From positions 62,001 through 126,000 of the forward strand of contig CDRNVI010000019.1 of assembly GCA_977017575.1 (NCBI GenBank): a stretch of DNA of 64,000 nt, written 5' to 3'. The notes beneath the pieces were generated by a model. That model ran no database searches. It saw only the letters and a list, made by a program, of their open reading frames with translations, and was not told the origin of the DNA. Below, one piece after another: positions 10,896 through 20,068 of the stretch. Source of the DNA: Paramoeba atlantica. Lineage: Eukaryota; Protista; Discosea. The position numbers and the translations under genes are program-made. Numbering within the stretch: the first letter of the stretch is position 1; each line of letters starts with the position of its first letter.

Positions 10896-12470
10896 TTAGC
10901 ACTCGAAAAGAGGAGAATCTAGAGCAGCCATTCCACTGGTTACCCCCCCTCCGGAAGTTTGGGCAAACTTGGTGCGTATGAGATATCCACTTGACTCATT
11001 TGTTAGTACATTGCCTGTTTCGTGACTCAAATATATTCCGTAAATTCCAATTTCCGGAACCAGTAGCCCTGACTGCACACCATTTTTAGGGTGTAAAATA
11101 TGCCCCACCTTTGTTACTGAGTCTATCTTCCTTGTTAGAAGGTAGGGAAGTCCCTTGCCACCGCGCATAGCTTGCTTCCAGCCCTGCAGTAATTTTGTCA
11201 TTGCATCTCCTGTAAAAATTTGTCCACTACCTTCGCGGTAAGACTTCAAAACGTAAGTCGTAGGAAAGTGTAACGCATCTTCCACTCCCTCTATTTCTTT
11301 TTCCCCTACTTGAAGAAGATCATATTGAGGCAACATGTATGAAGTGAGTTCTTCAATTTCGTCCTTTGACCAGTCTCCATATCTGAGGAGAAGTTCACGA
11401 GAGCACAGTGCTTCTTGTACTTTTTTGAGAGTACAAAGATGGTGCGGTAGGGAAGGACATTTGATACAACTAGCACGCTCCACAATCTCACGGGCGTGCC
11501 AACAATCCTCCGTGGGATAATCATTTTTGTCATAGCCGCAACGATAATATGCGACGGATACAGGAAGACCATCTGGCGTGCACAATTCTGGCATGGCGCA
11601 AAGGGAATTAACACGTTCTTTTCCAGTTGCGATGTCTCGATTGTGACGTAAAACGAATGACGTCGCCACCTCCGAAAGCGTGGCATAAACCGTTTGTAAA
11701 CCGTACTGCTGTGACAGTACTTCAGAAAGAGGAAAAATGTCTGCTAAGTTACGCTCATCAGCCTTACGAATAACGAGTAGAACGCTTAGCTTCGAGTTCA
11801 CACGTGTTGCGTTCTCACGGCGCCATAGGTGAGTTGCCTCGACAAGAGCTTGGCAAACTTTACTTTGCGCATCGCACATAGCGACTGCGGGGTTAAGTAC
11901 ATTTCCCTCAGCATTGTTTTTATATTTCGAATGCGTAAAACGATGAAGCGCATTTACTTTTCCTGCCAGACAAATAAAGGCGCTTGCTATTGTGTTGAAC
12001 TCCACCTGTCGTAGCTTGTTGGTTGTCCTTTCAAGCATATAGTCATAGCGATTCACACATAACATCCATTTCTGGTAGGGCACCACTGTGGCGTGGGGGG
12101 TATTGGACGCAGAGTTTGAGCCAAATTTATCAAACTGAGTATCAGTTGGAGCATATACGGAGATGGTAATTGAAAGAAGTCTCTCTACAAAAGGATCTAC
12201 TGTGCTCACGTGATATAACGTGTTGAGAAGGAAAGGTAAATCACGAGCTATGCGATCTAAAACGATATTATACTTTTCCGTAACGCGCACTGCCCCTTGA
12301 AGCGGAATACGAGGTAAACTCATAGGCTGCAAAGTAATCGGTACGTGCAAGCCCGTGAGTGAGCCTCTGAAGACATTTTCGCTAGGAAGATCAAAGCTCA
12401 AAATGCCGTGTGTCATTGCATAGAGTGACGCATCATGTGCACAGCTGGCGATCTTTCTTTTAAGATCCAT
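10896..12470 (-). CDS. GSS: Glutathione synthetase (eukaryotic type)
   Basis: RYDYM, LRQVEFNTIASAF, YYRCGY..NDYP, IKCPS...KKVQ, YVLK..REG.G, EIGIYG, GYLIRTK...GGGV.SG.AALDSP. Confidence 0.93.
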   Translation of the reverse strand: MDLKRKIASCAHDASLYAMTHGILSFDLPSENVFRGSLTGLHVPITLQPMSLPRIPLQGAVRVTEKYNIVLDRIARDLPFLLNTLYHVSTVDPFVERLLSITISVYAPTDTQFDKFGSNSASNTPHATVVPYQKWMLCVNRYDYMLERTTNKLRQVEFNTIASAFICLAGKVNALHRFTHSKYKNNAEGNVLNPAVAMCDAQSKVCQALVEATHLWRRENATRVNSKLSVLLVIRKADERNLADIFPLSEVLSQQYGLQTVYATLSEVATSFVLRHNRDIATGKERVNSLCAMPELCTPDGLPVSVAYYRCGYDKNDYPTEDCWHAREIVERASCIKCPSLPHHLCTLKKVQEALCSRELLLRYGDWSKDEIEELTSYMLPQYDLLQVGEKEIEGVEDALHFPTTYVLKSYREGSGQIFTGDAMTKLLQGWKQAMRGGKGLPYLLTRKIDSVTKVGHILHPKNGVQSGLLVPEIGIYGIYLSHETGNVLTNESSGYLIRTKFAQTSGGGVTSGMAALDSPLFEC

Positions 12471-12608
12471 GTCCGGCGTTTCAGTCTTGTACGAGACGTG
12501 ACATGAGCAATTAGATGTTATGAATCTAGCTAATGTTTTAAAAATAAATTGCCGTCAAAGTACATGTATTTATTGAGGGAGATACTCCCTCCCTACCCCA
12601 TATTAGTA

Positions 12609-12788
12609 CTGTCCCCTCCCGTTTAAACGCACCTCGTTTTCCGCGAAAAATGCGCTTAAACGGGGGGTCTGAATCACTACGTAAAAAAAAAATTGACCCC
12701 GCTTCGCGGCGCCGGGCTCTTTCCTTCAACTATATGTGCGCTTAAACGGGGAGGTCTGACCGGGTGCGCATAAGGGGAGGGGGGACAG
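12609..12788. mobile_element. 180-bp MITE-like element, TA target duplication
   Basis: TA|CTGTCCCCTCCC ... GGGAGGGGGGACAG|TA. Subterminal gcgcttaaacgggg x2 plus the inverse cccgtttaaacgc; central ccgcttcgcggcg hairpin. Confidence 0.75.
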
Positions 12789-12867
12789 TAATAGAATTTC
12801 GCCCGACAAAATATTTTCAGAAAAAAGTTTTTTTTTTTCGCAAAGAATCAAAGGCAACACCATAAAC

Positions 12868-12988
12868 TGAGAGTGTTGCCAATCCCTGGTCAGTAATCGG
12901 CCCAGGGACATAGCAACTCCCCATTATCTCGGGCGTAGTAAACACGCCTTGGCTTGCCTGGCACTGAGATCAGCCATTGGAAAAAAAA
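12868..12988. repeat. Left (3') inverted terminal repeat of the YR retroelement
   Basis: tgagagtgttgccaatccctggtc...cagccattgg + A8; reverse complement of 18462-18582. Confidence 0.95.
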
Positions 12989-13543
12989 CGCATTTTTTTC
13001 GTTAGAGGCCTCCTTTCTCAGCCCAGGGGCTTTCCACTTAAGGGGCCCGTTCCCACAACCAAGTGATCTCCCCGGCAACACGATTTCATTCGTGCGTCAA
13101 GAAGGCTGGGCTATGGGACCAGGGAGCTCTAGAACAAGTGCAGCAACTTGTGAGCCTAATTCGACATGAAATGATAGTGGGATTAAATTAGTTCATAGTA
13201 AAACTAAATTATACATTGCATGTACTGAAAACATAAAAAAGGAAAAACAACACGCGCATAGCTTATTATGCGGTCTTAAAAGATTTTGTGTTTCAAAATA
13301 TTTACATGGTCATAAACAAAAACCCAGTAAAAGCAAATTACCTGTAAATTTTAGATTCTCCATTTTCTTATTTTGTCGAATCATTCGACTCGAATGCTGA
13401 CGGGGTTCCTACTCTCACTCTGTGCGTGGACCTTTGACGAGTTGGCTACGGATTTTCCGTAACTGGAGCAATAGAGATGAAAATACTGGTTCATTTTTTT
13501 AGTGTAGTCCATTCGCCTTCGCAGCTTCGTTTACTTGTCAATC

Positions 13544-13880
13544 TCAGATTATGATTGGGTCCATATGTGAGAGAGCGATTTCGATTCCTCCGGGCAACAG
13601 ACCGTCTTTGACTCGGAATCCGAACTCTTCCCGCGTTAGGCCGTCTGCTGGATTCTCCTTAGATTTGAGATAAAAGATGCGAAACGATAGCCCAGTCTTT
13701 CTCCTTTCTTCGATGTCTAGGAGCTGCTGACAAATTGAATGTCGAACTGATGTGCGCTTTTGGAGTGCCCGCACAACGTCCATATTATCGCATCCTAGAA
13801 TCACATGGGGAGCAAGTTTCCACCCTGTGATTAAGGCGGCTTTTGCCGCAGAGAACTCAGCATCGTATATCTCCCGATAC
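13544..13880 (-). pseudogene. RNase H C-terminal part of the element pol ORF (out of frame with the RT ORF)
   Basis: IYDAEFSAAKAAL (E), ILGCDNMDVV (D) and NPADGLTR (D) complete the RNase H whose first Asp (FSDAS) is in ORF 13857-15299. The two parts are offset by +1 near 13870-13885. Confidence 0.85.
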
Positions 13881-15299
13881 AAGTATTGGAATACTTTCTT
13901 GCAGCAAAATTTCTCCCGATTGACGGAGTACGCATAAACCAGTGTGGGTCGAAGATGCGTCCGAAAAAGCAAGAACGAGATGGGATATTGGAATTGGCGG
14001 TAATGCGCAACTTCTCTTGTTACTCAATATACGCACTACATGCATGTTCAAGAGCTTTAAGTCTTCGCTCTTCAATTTGTAAAAGCTTTCTTCGGATTGG
14101 TGCGATATCTCTTTCGCGATCATTCGAACATCATAGACTGAAGCAAAGGAGGATTGGGTGACCATTGTATCCCACATGATCACACCTATCACCCTCTTTA
14201 TGTCTCGCACGGTCGTAGGTGACACGGTTTCTAGTACTCTCCAACGAGCAATGTTAGATTCAGCGTGTTTCCAAAATAATTTGTCTATTTCCCAAGAGAA
14301 CTCTATTCCTAAAAATAGGGCTTGATCACATGGGCCGTCGATATATTTCCATTCGACGTTGCAACCCGTTGGCAGTCTCTTCATGCTTTTCATGAGTTGC
14401 GATCTTAACTGACTTAAAAAACCTTCGTTGCTAGATATGACCAACACATTGTCAATCCAAACAAATACTGCACCTTGTTTTGCTTTTGTCTTCTTATTTA
14501 TCGCCCACGCGAATGCCGGAGGTGATTCAGATGTGTCTCGGACAGGTAACATCTCATGACCTGTAGGACAAGCCGCTAAAACAATTATCCATGCCAGACA
14601 TTGGGCAAGATAAGGAGCCCAAGAGAACCCCATTGGGAGAACTCGCAACTCGAAAGTCTTGTCCTCGCATTTTATTGAGAATATGCGACCCAAGCCTGAT
14701 GGGATTCGTATTTGATGAAAGAAATGACGAATGTCCGCAATCAAGGATTTTCCACCTGGAAAGCATGATAAGATGTGTGTGACTTCTGCGAGAGCTGGAA
14801 AGTTTAGGCTAGGGGGAGTAGCGCATCTATCGTTTATAGGGGTGCCATCTACGATGCTCCGAGATGAAATTTCATCTTTTGGCACTTCAAAGTATCGGAA
14901 ATAAAGGCGAGAATCATTACGAAAATCCTGAACTCTGCGCAGTACTTCATACGAACAAAGCTCAGCTAAGTGATCACGCCATTTTGCTTCAGAATGTACC
15001 CCAAGTTTCCCACGAAAGCCTTCGAATTCCGTGAAAAGACGAAATGAGTGTTCATCAGTGAGTATGGTAAGGCACTTTTTTCCCCACGTATACGTGCTTC
15101 GAGATGCAATAGCGCATAGAGTATCGATATGAAGACGACCTGCAACCGAAATGGGATCAAGGGCCCGTTGCTTTAGCGTACAGGACTTTTGGAGGACTGC
15201 ACCATATGCCGTTCCATATGCTAGGTTGTCCGCGGGTTCGTTCACTAATACTATATTATATCCCAACGTCAAAAGACGAATAAACCTACGTTTATTCAT
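13857..15299 (-). CDS. Reverse transcriptase (+ start of RNase H), DIRS-order type
   Basis: RT motifs ADIRHFFHQI, LPMGFSWAP, VWIDNVLV, FLGIEF; RNase H start AFSDAS near the C-terminus. Confidence 0.9.
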   Translation of the reverse strand: MNKRRFIRLLTLGYNIVLVNEPADNLAYGTAYGAVLQKSCTLKQRALDPISVAGRLHIDTLCAIASRSTYTWGKKCLTILTDEHSFRLFTEFEGFRGKLGVHSEAKWRDHLAELCSYEVLRRVQDFRNDSRLYFRYFEVPKDEISSRSIVDGTPINDRCATPPSLNFPALAEVTHILSCFPGGKSLIADIRHFFHQIRIPSGLGRIFSIKCEDKTFELRVLPMGFSWAPYLAQCLAWIIVLAACPTGHEMLPVRDTSESPPAFAWAINKKTKAKQGAVFVWIDNVLVISSNEGFLSQLRSQLMKSMKRLPTGCNVEWKYIDGPCDQALFLGIEFSWEIDKLFWKHAESNIARWRVLETVSPTTVRDIKRVIGVIMWDTMVTQSSFASVYDVRMIAKEISHQSEESFYKLKSEDLKLLNMHVVRILSNKRSCALPPIPISHLVLAFSDASSTHTGLCVLRQSGEILLQESIPILVSGDIRC

Positions 15300-15643
15300 T
15301 AGTAATCAAATGGCGGAATGCATAGCTGTGCGCCACATAAGAAATAATCGTTGTACAAGACAAACTTGTACAAGACACGTATGATATCACGTAGAGATTT
15401 AGCACATTATTGGAGGAAGGTCTCATAGTTGTAACACTCGATTTGTAACGACTCTCTTTTTTATAGCTTCCAACTTCTTTCACTTAACGTTTCGACTTGA
15501 AAACCAAACTTTTAGTATCTTTAATTTAGTGAAACAAGTCTCCAAGGAACTAGTTTACATGGAACTAACTATATTATGAACTAATTACGCAGAACTAAGG
15601 TAGGAGAAAATCACGCGAGTGGCTTTTTGTTTCTTTCCGTTCT

Positions 15644-16525
15644 CTAATCATGCACTTGAGAATGCGGTGCTAAGTAGTGCTTCTGTCTCACCTGTCTCGA
15701 CATGCCCGACAGTGCACTGGACATCATGTCAGCGACGTTTTCTACTATGGCCCCAGTACCACCATGTCTCAGAGTGTGAGTTCCATCAAAAGTCACTCCA
15801 GATGGCCATCCCAGTTCGGTGGATGCTCTTTTTACAAGTTTACTCGTGGATCTTTTCTTGTACGCCGGAAACGCAAGGTCTCCATGTGTTACGTCACGCA
15901 GGGCATTTCGCACTTCTTCGGTTGCAACATGAGTAAGAGGTTTGCACCTTTGCTTATCAGTTGAGTAACTCTTTGTTTTATCGTGGCGGATGAGAAGATG
16001 AGACCAAGAGCCTTCTACACGCAAATCCCCGCCACGTATCTTCTCCACTTCACAGGATCGAAGAGCAGCGTAGTATTGCACGCGAAAAGCTCTTGCGAGC
16101 TGCGGCCCGTTAGCACGGGGTGTGACCCACCGTACAAGTTCGTGTAACATATTTTCTGATACATAGCCTCTGGGACATTTTTCTTGTCTATGCTGCTCTG
16201 CCTCAACGGCAGCCCCGTCCACTGCCCGAAGTATGAGGCGGTCGCCTGCCCAGGGGCGTTCACCTGCTTCGAGGTCAAAGCTTTGACATTCCTGATAGAA
16301 GAGCAAGGCACTGCGGTAACCTTGAAAAGTCGATTTGGCGCATCCAACCGATGCGTGATGCCACAAAAAACATCCGAACGCTTCTTTCGTTATTTTTTCG
16401 AATCCTCGGTTCTTGCAAAACTTTCGTAAAGCAGCAAATCGGGCCTCGTACATCCTTCGCGTTCCGGGTGCAATCGACTTTAATGCCAGAGCTGCCAGAT
16501 ACCCTTCGCAAGAATCTTTCTGCAT
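15644..16525 (-). CDS. Tyrosine recombinase of the retroelement
   Basis: N-terminal core-binding pattern (S.APGT...Y.......F...ST...YRSA). Catalytic R (AALRSCE), K (HDKTK), HxxR (HTLRHGG) and Tyr (QKHYL). Confidence 0.9.
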   Translation of the reverse strand: MQKDSCEGYLAALALKSIAPGTRRMYEARFAALRKFCKNRGFEKITKEAFGCFLWHHASVGCAKSTFQGYRSALLFYQECQSFDLEAGERPWAGDRLILRAVDGAAVEAEQHRQEKCPRGYVSENMLHELVRWVTPRANGPQLARAFRVQYYAALRSCEVEKIRGGDLRVEGSWSHLLIRHDKTKSYSTDKQRCKPLTHVATEEVRNALRDVTHGDLAFPAYKKRSTSKLVKRASTELGWPSGVTFDGTHTLRHGGTGAIVENVADMMSSALSGMSRQVRQKHYLAPHSQVHD

Positions 16526-17120
16526 CTAAAAGTATGCAAAAATACTCAATGTGTGTGATTACATGGTTTATTTACATATACCGTATGCAATCTCATATCT
16601 TCAACGGAATGGCCAGTTTAATATATTTAACTTTCCATGTGTAAAATAGCGGATGAAATAACAGACTGCTTTGTTGTAGACACACTTATTCATTCAGTTC
16701 ATTATGTCTTATGGTTTCCCCGATTTTCAAGGAGAAACTGCACCATATTATGACTTACTTTTAATCTGGATGCCACCCATTTGACCCTTTTTGGTATTCC
16801 AACAAATTGTGCTTAATGATTAGGCACCTACGTACTAGATACACTGTATGTTAATCTGATAGGAATAATTATCACACTTTCCCTCACTATACATGTATTA
16901 CTTAACGTCTAAGTAATGTGCAAAGCCCATTTTCTTTACACAATGTCTATGCTGTATAAAGGCGTCTGTTGTGTGTGAGTGTCACTCGTTGTATGACAAA
17001 TACGCACAATCCTAATGATCTGCACAAGCAAATAATAATATTCGTGCTCTATGTTCAGCCCAAACATGAATCTGATTAAGAAAAACTAAAACATACATCT
17101 ATTGCCCCCAAGATCGGCAA

Positions 17121-18164
17121 TTACGGCCCCTTTTCATGTTTATTCTTTCGATCGTTCATTTCCCGAGAAATCTTTTCTGGCCGTTCTTGGCCTTTGACGA
17201 AACCTTCTCGATTAGAACGATAAGATCGAGGGGCATACAAATTTACTGGTCGCGGGCGGTTGAAATAACGCACATCCGGCCCAAATGTTCTTCTGTTGTT
17301 TTGGACCATGCCTCCCCGTCCATAGCCTGAAGTACTATTTTGGAAGGATTTCGCCTTCAAAAGAGTCTCCGGTATAGTTACGGAGTCGGTCTCTGGGAGC
17401 AATCCGACGTTCTTGCGGCAAAGAAGAAGAGATTCCTCTTTCTTTACGTCGTCAAAATCGGCGCTGAACACAAGAAAATGAGCAGCGAGTTCTAGAAGGA
17501 AATGGTTAGCTGCTATTGATACCGCCTTGTTTTCTTGTGCCGCCTTGGGGGATACACCTTTTCCTGCTTGCGTAAGCATCTCCTTGAAGAAAATAGCGTA
17601 GCGGGTTAGAAGAAAGCTTTCGGCCCATTTTTGAAACTTCGGGTTGTGCACTGCCTCCCACAGTTGCCCTCCAAGGTGAGGACGATTCTCCGTGCCTGTC
17701 CATACGGTAAGTTGCCCGTCCTCCTTTTCTCCTTCCCGTGCTTTCATTTTCTTTGGCTCCTTCGGGGGGTCCAGCATGAGGGAAACCAAAATTCCTCGAT
17801 GTTCTTCGTTTCCAATCAAATTCTCGAATCCGGAGACGTCCTGTGTTCGGCGGACACCCAAAAGTTTGGCTGTAAAACTTGCTTTTTCACTGAGGGTTTC
17901 TCCCCTTAATACCTTTTCAACGAAATCCATGATTGCACTTGCGCATTCGTCTTCGCTGATTTCCGCCATAAATTTGACAAGGAGATTCACATCGACTGCG
18001 CGCTCAAAACGTAGAGAAATTTTTATGCTCGTTTTCGTCGAGCATGCCTGGTCGACTACGCTATCGACGTTTGCGTCAAAGTGGTGAGTGTGGCCGACTA
18101 TAGGAACTGAGCGGCTTTGTGAAGCTTGGGGTGAGGTAGCTACGGAGGGTCGTTTCTTCGGCAT
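17121..18164 (-). CDS. ORF1, putative Gag-like protein
   Basis: 347-aa ORF in first position inside the ITRs, with a helical core and an R/G/N-rich basic C-tail; no CCHC knuckle seen. Function inferred from position. Confidence 0.6.
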   Translation of the reverse strand: MPKKRPSVATSPQASQSRSVPIVGHTHHFDANVDSVVDQACSTKTSIKISLRFERAVDVNLLVKFMAEISEDECASAIMDFVEKVLRGETLSEKASFTAKLLGVRRTQDVSGFENLIGNEEHRGILVSLMLDPPKEPKKMKAREGEKEDGQLTVWTGTENRPHLGGQLWEAVHNPKFQKWAESFLLTRYAIFFKEMLTQAGKGVSPKAAQENKAVSIAANHFLLELAAHFLVFSADFDDVKKEESLLLCRKNVGLLPETDSVTIPETLLKAKSFQNSTSGYGRGGMVQNNRRTFGPDVRYFNRPRPVNLYAPRSYRSNREGFVKGQERPEKISREMNDRKNKHEKGP

Positions 18165-18461
18165 AAGAAATAAAATTTAGAGCAAGTTCCTACGCATGTT
18201 TTAATAGATTAGATACGGTTGTGACTTATCCTGGTCATCTTTGCTCTCTCATTCTATATTCACCCTTTCTGTATTTCCACCCTCACGCTCGCCAGAATAT
18301 GGATACTTGCTGACTGCTTTATGTCAGCATATTCCTGTTTCTCTCTGTTTTCTCTCTCGCTCTTTTTCCTTACTACTTCAAGCAATCGGCGAAACTAATG
18401 TATTCATCTATACATACGCCTTCTGTATTTTTTTTTCTGCTTTCTATTCTTTCGTCTTTCT

Positions 18462-18582
18462 TTTTTTTTCCAATGGCTGATCTCAGTGCCAGGCAAACCA
18501 AGGCGTGTTTACTACGCCCGAGATAATGGGGAGTTGCTATGTCCCTGGGCCGATTACTGACCAGGGATTGGCAACACCCTCA
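18462..18582. repeat. Right (5') inverted terminal repeat of the YR retroelement
   Basis: T-run + ccaatggctgatctcag...gattggcaacaccctca; reverse complement of the left ITR. Confidence 0.95.
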
Positions 18583-19023
18583 TTATCACAGGCTTCATAA
18601 GCACCTTGATACCGGGACCAAGCCCAGTGACAGGCATGCCCATTGGCACCGCAGATCAGTTCCCTCCTCCCCTTCTTGTCATCATTCTAGGTTTTCAAAC
18701 GTGAGACAAAACTCTAAGGGGCGTGGAATCTGTTGAGCATCTTTTATTAGATACTTCACACAGATGCGTAGCCGTAAAGGCATTGCATTCGAAATCCGTG
18801 GAATAATGAACGCAGTGCAAAACTGACCCGACTGCGCAAGTCGTATAAGGTGCGTCACACTGACGAATCCATTTTGTTTTTCTTTCTATCCATTTTTTTT
18901 TCTTTACTTCCAGTACCCTGGAAAGCAACACAGACAGCAGTGGTACTGTGTGATGATCAGCAATATTTGCTTACAATAATCATTAAATTTACGACTACGA
19001 GAAGCCAATCCTCAATGATCACT

Positions 19024-19380
19024 CGAAGTGAAGTGCCAACCGTCAGTCCCGAAGGACTTCGAGGTAAAGTGTAACCACCAACCGTCAGTTCCGAAGAACC
19101 CCGAGGTGAAGTGCCAACCGTCAGTCCCGAAGGACCTCGAGGCGAAGTATAACCACCAACGGTCAGTTCCGAAGAACCTCGAGGTGAAGTGCCAACCGTC
19201 AGTCCCGAAGGACCTCGAGGCAAAGTATAACCACCAACGGTCAGTTCCGAAGAACCTCGAGGTGAAGTGCCAACCGTCAGTCCCGAAGGACCTCGAGGCA
19301 AAGTAAAACCACCAACCGTCAGTTCCGAAGAACCTCGAGGTGAAGTGCCAACCGTCAGTCCCGAAGGACCTCGAGGCAAA
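19024..19380. repeat. Tandem array, 78-bp unit (36+42-bp related subunits), ~4.5 copies
   Basis: Alternating gaggtgaagtgccaaccgtcagtcccgaaggacctc and gaggcaaagtataaccaccaacggtcagttccgaagaacctc. Confidence 0.95.
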
Positions 19381-19605
19381 TAATAAATTGTTATTATAAT
19401 AATAATAATCGTCGACCGTGAGTCACAAATTTCCTCGAAGTAGTTCATTTTGGCGCCGAACGGTATGTTTTCCCCGGTCAGGGCCAAAACGAACCGGAAT
19501 AAAATCACTAATTTAGTGCCAGGCTCGGTTCCACATAGCATGTCAACATGTAAATAAAATTTATATCCTATCTTTGGGTCGGAACCAAGGATTATAGTGT
19601 GTATA

Positions 19606-19667
19606 TTCAACAAACCTGTATGTTCAAACAAATCAGTATGTTCAACAAACCTGTATGTTTAACAAAC
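19606..19667. repeat. 17-18-bp tandem repeat, ~3.5 copies
   Basis: ttcaacaaacctgtatg / ttcaaacaaatcagtatg / ttcaacaaacctgtatg / tttaacaaac. Confidence 0.85.
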
Positions 19668-20068
19668 GAAGAGATGGACAAATATATTAAAAAAAAAGTC
19701 GTACCTTATCGTACAATAAAACTCTTCACCCTCACACTTCGTCTTGTTAAGAAGACGACGCCGGGCTTGGGACCGGTATCAAGCGTGTTTATGAAGCCTG
19801 TGATAATGATAGTTTTAAGAAAAAAAACGCACCTTTTGGACCACTCGAGGCACCCCTTCTTCGAAAGCAATTTGAAAACTCGAATTTCCCACATACATGC
19901 TTTTTTCAACTGGAAGCGTGTGATACGCAAGACCGTAGAGGAAGGAGGAGGCGAAAGGTAAGAAGCAGAAGGCAGAGCCGGTTAATGACGGGTTATACTG
20001 CGCCCAATTATTTTTATTTTGCACAAAGTTGTACGCGAAGAAGTTTATATTATAAACTATTTTATATA

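Larger units (their letters stand above)
12868..18582 (-). mobile_element. Tyrosine-recombinase (DIRS-order) retrotransposon: ITR-gag-YR-RT/RNaseH-ITR, 5.7 kb
   Basis: 113-bp inverted repeats 12868-12980 / 18470-18582 (111/113 identical, followed inward by A8/T9) enclose three co-oriented ORFs: gag-like, tyrosine recombinase, and RT + RNase H. Confidence 0.92.
18580..19809. mobile_element. 1.23-kb block bounded by 47-bp imperfect inverted repeats
   Basis: 18580-18625 (tcattatcacaggcttcataagcaccttgataccgggaccaagccc) versus the reverse complement of 19763-19809: 43/47 match. TA follows the right end. Confidence 0.7.

Noticed and set aside
12868-12980. ITR as 5S rRNA, tRNA, SL RNA or a ribozyme
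   Set aside because: The size is similar but there are no conserved 5S, T-loop, spliced-leader, CUGANGA/GAAA or HDV pseudoknot signatures.
12989-13543. DIRS1-type internal complementary region
   Set aside because: Only 8-9-nt matches to the ITR were found (ggcaacac at 13074, gaccaggga near 13117), not a juxtaposed complement of both termini.
18957-19631. 224-aa ORF as a real gene
   Set aside because: It starts at TTG, its length is explained by the 78-bp array, and its hydrophobic patch is an AAT microsatellite. Kept only as a possibility under findings.
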